A DNA stretch of 64,000 nucleotides from the human T2T-CHM13v2.0 reference genome, Homo sapiens, in assembly GCF_009914755.1 (NCBI RefSeq), contig NC_060933.1; one strand, given 5' to 3'. The translations under genes were made by a program, and so were the position numbers. Positions 37,804-51,610 of this stretch are shown here, piece after piece; the first letter of the stretch is position 1, and every line of letters begins with the position of its first letter. The notes under the pieces were generated by a model. The model was given only the letters and a program-made list of their open reading frames with translations. It was not told the DNA's origin and ran no database searches.

Positions 37804-39139
37804 AGCTAGGGTCACAATTCAAGTAATGTAAATATGAATCTAATGACTTCCAAGATGCTTTTCCAACTTAAAGTGTTAGACAAGTACCTTTTAAAACAGT
37901 ATACCATTTGAATTACCTGCAACCATTTTAATATTTCTGAGAGGGTTTTTTTTGTGTGTGCTCCTTCTGTCATCACATGGAGAGTTATTTTGCCTTTTAG
38001 GGTAAAATATAAAAACAAATGCATGTCACAATATGATGTGGCAAACGTTACCCAGAAGCCTTAGTGATGTTGTTGCGATGGTATTAGCATGCACAGAGTA
38101 TGCAACTCGCAGCTCTGCTGTGTGCACTTGTTCTTTTGCTTTCTCTCATGTGTTCTGCTCCATATATTTTAAGAGAGTTTAATGTGGGTGTTCCAATTCA
38201 ATCCCATTAGAGTACTATGTATATTATTGTTACTAAACCTTGCCTTCATAATCATTCCTATGTATGTGGTCTATTGAAAAGCAATCATTTATATCTTTAG
38301 GAGGATGAATGGGAAGTCACAGATCTAGAACAATAATCAACTTGAACTCATGCTGCTAGCACAGGTATGGATTTTTAATATAATCTCAGGCAGGGAAGTG
38401 CTTGCAGGCATGTTTTCTCAGTCAGGAGCTGAGAGCATATGCACGATGGCAGACACAAGGTAACTACCCTTTGGCTGGTTGAAAGATGAAGTCATTATAA
38501 AACTGGATTTTAAACCAAATGTAGTGCTGGCTGCTGTCTGAACTTACCTAAAACATACACTATATTTTAAAAAGTAGGCTGAGAGTCACAGAAGTAAAAC
38601 AAATAAATTCCAAAGTTGGTGTTTTATATTATCATTTATCTGCAATAAGTGATAATTGATATTCCAAAAATATACTTTGCTTTGAATTCAAATTGTTTAT
38701 TTTGAACAATTAGTGAGTTCATCTCTGCACATGCCTAAAGAAGATAAATCAATAAATAAAAGAATAAAAATTAAAACTCTATATAATAAACACTTGATTT
38801 CTTAGTCCTGATTTCTCTTTTATTATGAAGACCAGAAGCAGAATGTTATTCTATTTTACCTAAAAATATATATATGATCTTTAGAAACTCCTTGTCAGCA
38901 ATCATCTATCTGTGTGTGGGTGTATATATATATATACATATATATATATCTCATACAAACAATATGTATCACATTTATATGTTATCAAGCACAATCATAT
39001 AATAAACCCACAAATGTCCAACTCCAAAACTAGAAAATTATTAATAGCTTGTACTACTCCTGTGTTCTTCCCCATCTGCCTGTAGGAATTATTTCTTTTT
39101 CTAAAATAGTTTTCTTACATACATATATATATCAAATAA

Positions 39140-39657
<518 letters not shown>

Positions 39658-41759
39658 TACTGTATTACTTTTTATGCCTCCAGAATTTTTCTGTGTTGTT
39701 GCAGGTGTCTGTTGTGCCTTAATTTTTGCTATTGTAGAGGATTCTATTATGTGCAATTGCACAGCAGTGTATGTATCTGTTCCCCTGTGGATGGACATTT
39801 GGGTTGTGTCCAGTGTCTCTTGACCACTTACCTTGTGCCATGCCCCCGACCCTCCTGCCATTACTCCACAATCTAGCTACATCCACAAAGCCATGACTTC
39901 ACAAAACCCTGTCTTCCACTTCTGAGCTCCAGACCATATAAAAGGCATAATGGTGTTTATTGAGCACTTACTCTGAGCTAGAAACGATTCTCAACATTTT
40001 ACATGTGGTAGCGCATTTAATATTCACAGCAACACAAATGGGAAGTAATATTCTTATCACCGTTTTACAAATGAGAAGACCAAGGCCCAGAAGAGTTGAA
40101 TATCTTGCTCAAGATCACACACCTTTTGCCACCCCCCATTCCAAGTCCCATAGGCAACTCAGACTCAGCACATCCATGATGTAACTTATCATCTTCCTCT
40201 CCAAACCATTTCCTCACTTGTGCCCTACTCTCAGTGGGGACATCTCCAATCCCCAGGCCCAAGCTGGAAATCGGAAGCCATTTCTGACTCCTCCCTCACC
40301 CACTCCATCCAAATGGAGCCCAAGTCCTGTACATTGTACTTCTCGGGTATTGATCAATCCCGGCCTTTGTCTCCACGCCCACGGTGCTGACCCATTGTTA
40401 GGTGCCCGGCTGCTGCTCCTGGGTCATCACTTCCCAGCACTCTCTTCGCAGGCCCATCTCCACCATTTCCAGCATCCTACACACTGCGGCTCAGGTGTGC
40501 TTTCTAAACCTCACCTCACCATGTCCCCACCTCCAGAATGAAGCCCAGCCTCCTCTGCCCATCCCCTCAAACTGTAAAGTGCAGATCCCAGCCCCAAAAA
40601 GGACACCCCCCACCACAATACCCTGCTCTGTCTCCTGCTCTGGGAAGCCTCCTGGCCTTGGCCCAGAGGCTGGATGTGAGCTCCCCCACCCCAAGCCCCA
40701 CAGCCTCCAAGCCTCCCACTCTGCACTCACCTTCTTCCTTATAATTACCTGTCACCCATTAAACTGCAACCCTCAAAGGCAGAGCCCAGTGCATCCACTG
40801 CGCATCCCCAGTGTCCAGGCAGGGCCTGCACACAGTAGGTGCACAATAATTGTTGAAAGGCAAAATACATGAGCAATGACAGGAACCATGGGTGATACTG
40901 CCTTCTGAGCCCCAGGCAACAGAGTGATTCCTGCCTGGCCCCAGGGTCAGTGGATCCTGGCCCCTCACCCCACCCAACCTCTGCAGCTGCTTCCCTGGAG
41001 CCCTTGGAACCCTAAGAGGCCTCTTCCTGTGTCTTCATGTGTTCGAAGGATTTCCCTCTTTGCATCTTCCTTTCCTATTCCTTCATGTGGGAGCACTCTG
41101 GCACCAGGAAGAAGAAAGAGGAGCCCAACCCCTTACCAGCCTTCAATCTATAACAAGCATTCTCAAGGGAATTAAAACTGATTCTTAAAAGGGGAGGTGA
41201 AAAAAAATCTTACTCTTTTTTATGTATAAAGCACAGAACATATACAGAACATAAACAGATGTATAGTATATCTGTGGTATTAAAATTTCATGTGATTAAG
41301 AAAAAAAATCTGGAAGAATACTAGGGAAGGCACTAATGAAAAAAAGGCTAAAAAATTCTGATCTACCTTCTTGGGCCATGCCTTGTCTGGTCCAAGAACC
41401 GGCCAGAACTCGGGGAAGGGAACAACCAGGGGAGAGTCTAGAGTCCAGTCTCAGGATCCCCTCAAAGTATTTCCAAAGCCAGCCCCCCACCAGTCAGCTA
41501 CAGTCCTTTCACCAAAACTGCCCTTCCTTCCCCCTTGCCTGAAAATCCCTCATTCTGTTTCTGTCATTCTTTCATCTTACCTTGTTCCTACTGAGGGCGC
41601 AGGTCAGCTCTTCCCCATTCTCCCCCTGGGGCACCCCAGTTCCCAGGGCATGAAAGACTTGAGGTGCCTCACCTCTACACCTTGGGCTAAGACATAGCCC
41701 TAGAGCTCCTGGAAGAACCCAGGAGGGAAGCCCAACCACAGGAGGCCCCCAGGAATTGG

Positions 41760-42109
41760 GGGTACTGCTGTGGGACAAGCTTCTCTTTATTGGGGAAGGG
41801 ATGGGATCACAAATAATCTCTGCTTAGAAGTGCTCTAGGGCCATGGATTCATGTAAGGGTGGGGCAGGGTGGACTGAAGATCTGTTGGCAGGGCTCACGG
41901 AGATGAGGGTAAGGGGAGAGATCATGGGTTCATGAGATCCCATCTTGGGCAATACAGTTATCCCGTGGTCTTCATATGCCACAGAGTCCTCCAATTTCAG
42001 GGGCTCCCGTGGGATGGTGGAGCCAATGAAGACCAGGTAGATGATGCCACCTAGAGAGGCACCCAGAAGTGGTGTCACCACTGGCACCCACCACAAGTTC
42101 TCCCCATCG
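41760..42109 (-). pseudogene. AQP7P: AQP7 paralog exon 8 (terminal); ancestral-frame stop at 41826-41824, frameshifted stop at 41974-41972; 3' end approximate
   Basis: The ancestral frame is still open: DGENLWWVPVVTPLLGASLGG...HESMALEHF* (ORF 41824..42204). tgcag acceptor at 42111-42110. Confidence 0.95.
41786..41791 (-). terminator. Polyadenylation signal AATAAA of the AQP7 paralog
   Basis: TTTATT on the + strand, about 33 nt past the ancestral stop codon. Confidence 0.75.
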
Positions 42110-42467
42110 CTGCAGGCAAGAGGCAGAGGCCGGCTGAGGGGGCTGATGCCCAGGACAGCACCCTCATCCACCTCGGGCCAAGACTGGTTGAGAAGAGGAG
42201 TCATCCTCAGGCTAACCCAGGAAACACCCCCAACCCGGGGCCCTGGTCAGCCTCAGCCCGATTCAGGGACAGGGTTGACACTCAGTGCAGGTGCAGGATC
42301 TGTATCTCTACTGGCCTGGGGAAATGTTGGGACTCACTCCTGCTCCCCAGGCCACCTGGGGGCTCTGCAGGACCCTCCTGTGCTGCCCCTCACATCACCC
42401 CCCACACCTCAACACACAGGGGCCCCACAGAAAATCTCAAAGGAATGGGCCTGGGCAGGGGCAGTAC

Positions 42468-42686
42468 CTGAAGACCAGTTTGCCCCAACCAGCAATGAAG
42501 GTGAAGATGCGGGGGGGGCAGGTCCCGGGACGGATTGATGGCATATCCTGTGTTCATGCCATGGTACACCCTGATGATGACCACGAGGATGCCTATCACC
42601 AGCGCGTGTGTTCCTGGCAGTGCTGGGTTGTTCTCCTGGTCCACGATGGCGAAGAGACACAGCTGGAGCATCCCGGTCAGCCACTC
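42468..42686 (-). pseudogene. AQP7P: AQP7 paralog exon 7 (219 nt; NPS motif; +1 frameshift)
   Basis: Encodes EWLTGMLQLCLFAIVDQENNPALPGTHALVIGILVVIIRVYHGMNTGYAINPSRDLPP, then shifts frame at C8 (G8 at 42511-42518). ctcag acceptor, GTACTG donor. Confidence 0.95.
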
Positions 42687-42896
42687 CTGAGGAGCAGATG
42701 CTGTGGAAGCTCACCTGGGCCCCTCCCCAAGCCACAGGACCTCGGCAGTGCCCCAGACCCAAGCCCACCAGCAGAGACACATCTTGGTACAGTCTCCATC
42801 CAGAGTTCTTGTCCTGTCTATCCGGAGGGACTCCCTGCTGGCTCCGTCCTGAGGGGTGGAGGGCAGGGGGAGGGGTACTCATCCTGGACCACTGAC

Positions 42897-43015
42897 CTCA
42901 TTCAGGAAGCCCCGCCACAATGTCATGTGATCAGGAAGGTAGGTGGCAAAAATGCCAGCTGTAGCAACGGGACCGGTCACCATCAGCTCTCCACCCGAAA
43001 AGTGGAGAATGGCCG
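42897..43015 (-). pseudogene. AQP7P: AQP7 paralog exon 6 (119 nt)
   Basis: Encodes TAILHFSGGELMVTGPVATAGIFATYLPDHMTLWRGFLNE. cacag acceptor, GTCAGT donor. Confidence 0.95.
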
Positions 43016-43223
43016 CTGTGGAGACACAGACTATCACGCGAACCTGTCCCCAACTAAGCCCCACCAGGGTCCCGGAAATGAGGTTATAGGTTAGAGGGTA
43101 GGAGACCTCCAAGGCTTTTTTCTCCCAGCTATTTTTTACAAATCAGGACACTGAGGTCCAATCTGCCCATATTTCATAGGAGGCAGCTAAGGCCAGAGGC
43201 GGACACCCGGGCAGGACGCTCAC

Positions 43224-43361
43224 TGTAGAAGAGACTGTAGATGGTGGCAGCTGCCAGGAAGGAGCCCAGGAACTGCCCCAGCACATAGACTGGAAACTTC
43301 CTCCAGGGCACACGGCCCAGTGCACAGTTAGTGAAGCTCACAGCTGCGTTCATGTGGGCTC
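43224..43361 (-). pseudogene. AQP7P: AQP7 paralog exon 5 (138 nt; first NPA-equivalent motif NAA)
   Basis: Encodes GAHMNAAVSFTNCALGRVPWRKFPVYVLGQFLGSFLAAATIYSLFY. cgcag acceptor, GTGAGC donor. Confidence 0.95.
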
Positions 43362-43788
43362 CTGCGGGCAGCAGGCAAGTGTGTCAGGGAGCGAGAGCAG
43401 AACAAACAACAGTGACAAACAGTATGAGAACAACGATGGCTAGCGTGTATGACAGCATGCTCCGTGACAGAGTTCTCTCCTTGAGCCCTCACAACCACCC
43501 CGTGAGGCAGGGGCCACCATCTTCGTTTCACTCTTAAGGAAACTGAGGAACACAGAGGCGATGGCTTGCCTAAGATGACCCAGCCAGTGAAAATGGTAGG
43601 TCGGGGGGGCCAGGAAGAATCTGGGGCAGACACGTCATAGGCACGGGGTTCAGAGGAGACTTCCTCCCGCCCGGTGGCCAGGCTGAGGCACTGGCTGTGC
43701 TGGCAAAGGAGCTGGCTGAGGCGGGCAGGAAAGAGCCTGTTGGGGACACCTGGTCTTGCCCGGTCCGGCAGGGCCTGGGCTCACTCAC

Positions 43789-43912
43789 CAGAGGTGCGGC
43801 CTGCCATGTGCACTCCCATGGTGACTCCGAAGCCAAAACCCAAGTTGACACCAAGGTAGCTCCCAAATGTTTTATTTAGAAGCATATGGGCCACGGAACC
43901 AAGGCCGAATAC
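43789..43912 (-). pseudogene. AQP7P: AQP7 paralog exon 4 (124 nt)
   Basis: Encodes VFGLGSVAHMLLNKTFGSYLGVNLGFGFGVTMGVHMAGRTS. tgtag acceptor, GTGAGT donor. Confidence 0.95.
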
Positions 43913-45310
43913 CTACAAGGGAGGGCCTCTAAAGGGGCTGCCTGCCCAGAAGCCCCAACCTCAGAGGAGGGCTCAGAGCTCAGTTCTAGCTCCTCACCCC
44001 CATGCCCTGGGCCTCCCTGGCATTGCCTCGAAGACCCTCTGCCATGCCCTCTTCCTCCAGAGCCTTCCCTCCTCACTGCCTCCTCTCCTTGCCCCTGCTG
44101 AGGCCTCTCAGACCTGAGCCACTGAGAGCCGGGTGGAGCAGCAGAGTTAGAAGCTCTTACTACAAACATCCAAGCACCTCAGCCCCAGGCCCACCTGAAG
44201 TTTTGGGGTGAGGCAGGGCTGCAAGGAGGGGATGGCTGGCATGCATTGCACCCCCTCAGAGTCCCTCACACTTCAGGCTGACCTGAAGGAAGTTTCTTCA
44301 AGGGACCTCCAAATCCATCCATGCCTGACTCTGCCAGGAACCCCTCCCTACACACACACACTCCACCGCAATTCCCACAATGCTGGAACAGTGGGGCCCT
44401 AACTGTCTTGCCCTCAGCTTCATTTCCACTGACCTCAGGCGGCATTCCCAAGCTGCTGCTTCTTGCCCATCCCTCACGGCTCCTCAGATAATGCTGCCTT
44501 CACAGGGGAAGGGGCCTACCTTCAGGCCCATTACCCTCAGTCTAGAGCCACTGTTCCCTTCAGCCCTGGCTCCTGTGCTATCCTCTCCCTCTGCAGAGGC
44601 CTCCGTCTCCCCCATACCTTCCATCCTCCCATTGATCGGTTCCCACACACTGGAGTCTCATCCTTCCCAGCAAACTGTCCCACCCCTGCCCAGTGTCCTT
44701 CTCCAGCTGTGGGTTCCTGGTTGCCCCCTCCCTGTTTCAGTCAGGCTGCAGGAGAGAACACACTGGCCAGCTGCTTCACCCCTTCCCTCGCACCCCCTCC
44801 TCAATCTGGCTTCCATTTCCACATGTCACAGACACCAAAGCTCTCTCCAAGGGCTCCAGCAACCTCCTGATTTTCCAAAGGTCTTTTCAGGCATGGTTTT
44901 ACCACGTAGACAGTCTCAGCTATGCCTGATGCGCTGAAATTCCCGTCATCTCCGTGGGGGAGCCAGATGCCTATTTGCAAATCCCCACTGCAACTCTCCT
45001 GGTGTTCCGCGGACGTCTCAGGCTCTGTTGAAGGTTCGCCATCTCACAGCACACCTGCTCCTCACTCTATGTTCCCCATCCCCGTTGGCCGAGCCAGAAA
45101 CTCAGATGTTGCAAATGATAGTTAAGCACTATTATTCTCCCCCACTTGACAGATGGGTAATCTGAAGCTTAGAGGACTTGAATGGCTTGTCCAAGGTCAC
45201 ACAGCCTGTACATGGTGAGCCAGGATTAAATCCAGGCAGTTACCTGTCCCAGATGGCCTCAAACCAAACAACTGCGCTGTTCCATGCATGCCTTGCTTTC
45301 TTGTGCCTCT

Positions 45311-45931
<621 letters not shown>

Positions 45932-45934
45932 AGA

Positions 45935-46100
45935 ATATCCTAATAATTTTACATTGATTGCATCTTGAAATAGGATTTTGGCTATATGGGTTAATTATTA
46001 AAATTAATTTCACCTGTTGCTTTTTACCTTTTTAATGTGGATACTAGAAAAAATTAAATTATACAGATGGCTTGTATTGTATTTCCCCTGGAGAACTCTG
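45935..46100 (+). mobile_element. MER33/MER3-like hAT-Charlie fragment
   Basis: ATTAAAATTAATTTCACCTG...TTTTTAATGTGGATACTAGAAAA motif. Confidence 0.65.
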
Positions 46101-46211
46101 TTCTAGAGTTGATAAAGGAGAAAACCTGAAGAATTGTAGACATAAGGGCCAAAGTCAAAGCCGACAGAGGAGAAGGCCCCAGGAGAGGGTACAAGGTAAG
46201 AAGGCAGACCA

Positions 46212-46625
<414 letters not shown>

Positions 46626-47264
46626 TCAGTGGAGAAACTTCAGTATGTTTATAGGCTGAGAGAGGGATGGGCTGAAGATAAAGGACAGAGAAAAAGGACA
46701 GAGTAAAGTACCTGAATAGGCTGGACAGCTGGATTGGTGCAGAAGTGGAGGTGTCCTCCAGGAAGGAGAGGACCCCACCCCAGCCAAGGGGTGATATGTG
46801 GATACACGGGTGGTTAATGGGTCTGGTGGTAAGAGGGACAAGAGGGTGAGCTGAACATAGGAAGTGTTGATTATTTTACCTATCAAGCAGCAGATCAAGC
46901 CATTTGCTGATTTAAAAAAAAAAAAGAGTACAGAGCAGCTTTGGGGAAGTCTGAGAAAATGTGAAATAGCCCAGATATGGTGGGGGAGAGGCAGCTGAGC
47001 AGGGCCCACTGGGTCCCTCAGAAGCCCCAGGACAGGAGCAGGGGAGCCCAGAGCTAGGCTGGCTTCAGATCCAGGATAAGATACAGCAGGAGAGGACAGG
47101 AACAGATGGGGGTGCAGGGGGGAGTGAGGTCAGGACAGGTTGACAGGCTGGCAGGGTCAAGAGGTAGAGGGACTGGAGGAGGCATGGAGGGTCTGAAAAC
47201 AGAGGGGCCCCCATGGCCTTTCCCGCATTCCAATACCATGTGCTAAAAATACTGGATGAGCATA

Positions 47265-47563
47265 GGCCGGGTGTGGTGGCTCACGCCTGTAATCCCAGCA
47301 CTTTGGGAGACCGAGGCAGGCCGATCATGAGGTCAGGAGTTTGAGACCTGCTTAGCCAACATGGTGAAACCCCGTCTCTACTAAAGATACAAAAAATTAG
47401 CCAGGTGTGGTGGCACATGCCTGTAATCCCAGCTACTCGGCAGGCTGAGGCAGGAGAATCACTTGAACCCGGGAGGCAGAGCAGTGAGCTGAGATCACAC
47501 CACTGCACTCCAGCCTGGGCAACAGGGTGAGACTCTGTCTCAAAAAAATAAAATAAATAAAAT
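47265..47563 (+). mobile_element. AluS
   Basis: Alu consensus match, TSD AAAATACTGG(A/G)TGAG. Confidence 0.9.
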
Positions 47564-48467
47564 AAAATACTGGGTGAGTGAATGAACCCCACATGATTCC
47601 TTGTGTCAGGGTTGCCAACTGGCAACTCATGCACCTAATTCATCCAGCGCACAGATTTTGTTTAGATAACTTGGTTTTGAAGAACAGAAGTTTCCGTCTC
47701 TCTTGAAAAATGAGCAGCTCAAGCAACACTGGCCTGCATTCCACCCTCCATGGCAACAGTCAGCTGGAGTGGCAGCAGCTCTACAGCCTTGCACAGATTG
47801 GCACTCTGCAGCCAGCCAAAGTCCCCACCGCCCTGAGTTGCCGCTCTCTTGGCCCCCGTAGCATGTGATCTACAACCCTTGCCCCGTGTCTCATGTGTAT
47901 GGCTGGTTTTCCAGGGCCCGGATGGCTCCAGCCCCTCCTCTCCCTGATCAGTGAATGTGGCCCAGCCCATCCAACTCTCCCCCACAGCCAGGAGGCCAGC
48001 TCCAAGGGCAACACACCTGGAAGCTGCAACACGGATCAGTCCACTTCCCTTGTCCTGGCTGCAATAAATGGGGCCAAGGTCACACTAGCTTTTTTGGCAA
48101 AACTTCACCCTGGTGACTCACTGAGATTCCTATATATATATTTACAAAAAAAAAAAAAAAGCCCTCACTTCTTGGCACAGCCTGGCAACTAAAAATAACA
48201 ACACCACAATATCCGATATAGGCTTACGCCTCACGAAGTTCTTTTACAAGTGCTACTGTCTTCAATCCTCACAACAAATCTGCACAGCAAGAATTTTTCT
48301 CCCACTCTATAAATGGGGAAACTGAGGCCGAGAGAGGCATCTTGAACTACCTGAAAGTGAGGACTTTACCCTGGCTGGGGGAGCATTAACAAGCCAGTCT
48401 TTAAAAGCTGGCAATATTTAAGCTAAGGTACAGAGCATAGAGGTTAAGGGTCAAGACTGTGATATTG

Positions 48468-48759
48468 GGCTGGGCACGGTGACTCATGCCTGTAATCCCA
48501 GCACTTTGGGAGGCCGAGGTGGGAGGATCACTTGAAGTCAGGAGTTCAAGACCAGCCTTGACAACATGGTGAAACCTTGTCTTTCCTAAAAATACAAAAA
48601 TTGGCTGGGCATGGTGGCATGCACCTGTAATTCCAGCTACTCCAGAGGCTGAGATGCAAGAATCACTTGAACCCAGGAGGTAGAGGTTGCAGTGAGCCGA
48701 GATTGCACCACTGTGACAAAGCAAGACTGTATCTCAAAAAAACAAAAACAAAAACAAAA
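48468..48759 (+). mobile_element. AluS inserted in a MIR (MIR about 48430-48980)
   Basis: TSD AAGACTGTGATATT at 48453-48466 and 48760-48773. The MIR core GTGTGACCTTGGGCAA...CCTCAGTTTTCCCATCTGTGAAA follows. Confidence 0.9.
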
Positions 48760-49367
48760 AAGACTGTGATATTAGACTGCACTGGATTTAATCTTGACTT
48801 AAAGTGTGACCTTGGGCAAAAGGCTTAGTCTCAAGGAGCCTCAGTTTTCCCATCTGTGAAACTGGGATAATAATAGTACCTACTTCACAGGGCTATTGCG
48901 AGGATTTGGGAAGATGCTGCACGTAAGGGGCTTAGCATCACAGAGCCCAGGATGCATTAGGTGCTCAATGAAAATCTCAACAAAAGGAAGAGGAACACAG
49001 ATGTGGGCAGGTATCAAGCATGTGGGCGGTGCCTATTTCCCTAACAGCTCTCAGAGGATGCACCCTCCTGCCTCCGAGGCTCCAAGGGTTAACAGCCCTC
49101 ATGGGGCTGGAATGTCTTGTGGTAAGTGAATTACTTTGCCCTGGATTAAGGAGGGACAGGATCCAACTGCTGTCCTCACAGCTCAGGAGCCAAAGCAGGT
49201 GGGGAGGTAAGAGAGGAGTAGGGGAGGGCCAGAGACAGAGAGGAGACAGCAGCTAGAGCACCCGTCCTAATAACAAGGGACCAATACATGGGTACCACAC
49301 TGGGTGCTGAGACTTGGCCTTCTTCACACAAGTCCTCCTGTTAACCAATAAGGAAGCTAAAGTTGTG

Positions 49368-49655
49368 GGCCGGGAGAGGTGACTCACGCCAGCAATCCCA
49401 GCACTTTGGGAGGCCGAGGCAGGAAGGTCACCTGAATTCGGGAGTTCGAGACCAGTCTGGCCAACATGGTGAAACCCCATCTCTACTAAAAATAGAAAAA
49501 TTAGCTGAGCACAGTGGCACATGCCTGTAGTCCCAGCTACTCAAGAGGCTGAGGCAAGAGAGTCACTTGAGTATGGGAGGTGGGGGCTGCAGTGAGCTGA
49601 GATCGTACCACTGCACTCCATCCTAGGAGACAGAGTGAGACCCTGTCTCAAAAAC
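49368..49655 (+). mobile_element. Alu (S/J)
   Basis: Alu consensus match, TSD AAG(G/A)AAGCTAAA(G/T)TTGTG. Confidence 0.9.
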
Positions 49656-50908
49656 AAGAAAGCTAAATTTGTGAACAGTTAAGATACTTGTGGATAGTCG
49701 CACAGCTAGAAGATAACAGAGCTAGGATTCAAACGCAGCTCCAAAGCCCACGAAGGCCTAATTCTACACCATATAAGTGAGAAGTCAGGCTTTAAGCCAG
49801 GGAGAGACCTGCCCAAGGCAACTGGTCACTCAGTGGCAGGGTCAGGCTAAGAAACCTGGTGTTCCAATTTCCTCTCTCCCTTGAGCTCCATGGGCCCCAC
49901 CACACACACAAACAGCCTCTCTCACCCCACCTTCCTCTAGCATGCACCTGGCTGCCTTTGCCTCCCTTCCCAGAGGCTGCCCCTTCTTTCTCTAGACCCT
50001 GGACCCTGCATAAGATGCAATAAACATGGCTACAGTCATGTTAAGGGCAGAGGCTCACTGGGGTAAGTGGCAGGGCTGAAGCAGGTGCAGAGGGAGCAAC
50101 CTCACATCCCACCTGCAGTCTGGATTCTGTCCCAATCACACACTAAAGAAGAGCCCTTGTCAAGGTTACCAGCAACCTCCACATTGGCAAACCCTAAGGC
50201 CCCTTGCCAGTGCTCACCTTGCGTGGCCCATCTGCCGCTGCCCATGCCGCTGATGGCTTCTTCCTGGTGGAACCACTGCCCCCCTCTGTCATGCAGTCGG
50301 CTCTGGTTCTCCTCCCACCTCTCTGACCATTCCTTCTCAGGCTCCTTTGCGTGCCCCTCTTCATTCCTCAGGGCTCTGTCCTCAAACCATCCTTTTCTCT
50401 TTCTGTACACTCCTTCTAGACAGTGTTGACAACCACCACCTGTGTTGTGATGAACTTCAACTTTTTCCTTCCAGACCAAGCCTCTCCTGAGCTCCAGCCC
50501 CTTGCCTGTGTTTAACTATCTCCTGGATTTCCCCACAGGCATCTTGCCTCTCACCCTGTGCTGGGCCCCGTGCTCCAGAACAGCTCATCGGCGCTTTGCC
50601 CACATGTTCTGCTGGCAGAGTCTCCCCGATTCCATCTCCCACAGCCCTCTCAAACATGTGCTTTCTTCTCCAACCCCAGATCAGTCATCACCCTCTCTCT
50701 GTCCCAGATCAAAAACAGCCTCTTAACTGGTTCCTTCTTGCCAGCCTTGCCTGTCCTGCTTATGCTCCACACTGCACACAAAATTACCTTTAAAATCCAA
50801 ATCTGATCATGTCACTCCCCTGCTTGCCAGCCTTCAACATCGCCCATTGCCCTCTGGATTCATTATCAGAGCCTGATCATCAAGTTTCTCTTCAATCTCT
50901 CTCTTCTC

Positions 50909-51202
<294 letters not shown>

Positions 51203-51480
51203 TCTTCAATCTCTTTACTCTGGGTTTCCCTTCTCCCCATTTCCAGCCTTGCCCTGGATACCCCAGTGCATGGTTTCATTTGACCCCCACATATTATGAG
51301 CCCTTTCTGTCCAAAAAGACTTGATGAGAAAGCCCCCCCCTCCTTACTTTCCTCGCTGCTTCCCCAGGCTCCCAGCTCAGAGGCAAGGAATGGACAATGT
51401 GACCCATGGGGTCAGAATGGGGAGGGGGTCATGGAAGGCCCTGGCAGAGCCCACCCACTTCGTGCTGCCCACCCACTCAC

Positions 51481-51610
51481 CATCATGACATATGTGCTCA
51501 TGAACTCGGCCAGGAACTCTCGCACCATCTTCCTCTCATCTTCCTCGCACCATATTTCCTGGATCTTTGCTATCACGGACCAGGAGACCATTTTGGAGCC
51601 ACGGGTGGAC
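51481..51610 (-). pseudogene. AQP7P: AQP7 paralog exon 3 (130 nt, 12 nt longer than recalled AQP7)
   Basis: Encodes STRGSKMVSWSVIAKIQEIWCEEDERKMVREFLAEFMSTYVMM (see ORF 51412..51633). AG acceptor at 51612-51611, GTGAGT donor at 51480-51475. Confidence 0.95.

Noticed and set aside
42041-43094. 165-aa and 269-aa + strand ORFs
   Set aside because: Antisense shadows of GC-rich AQP7 exons and introns with no recognisable domain.
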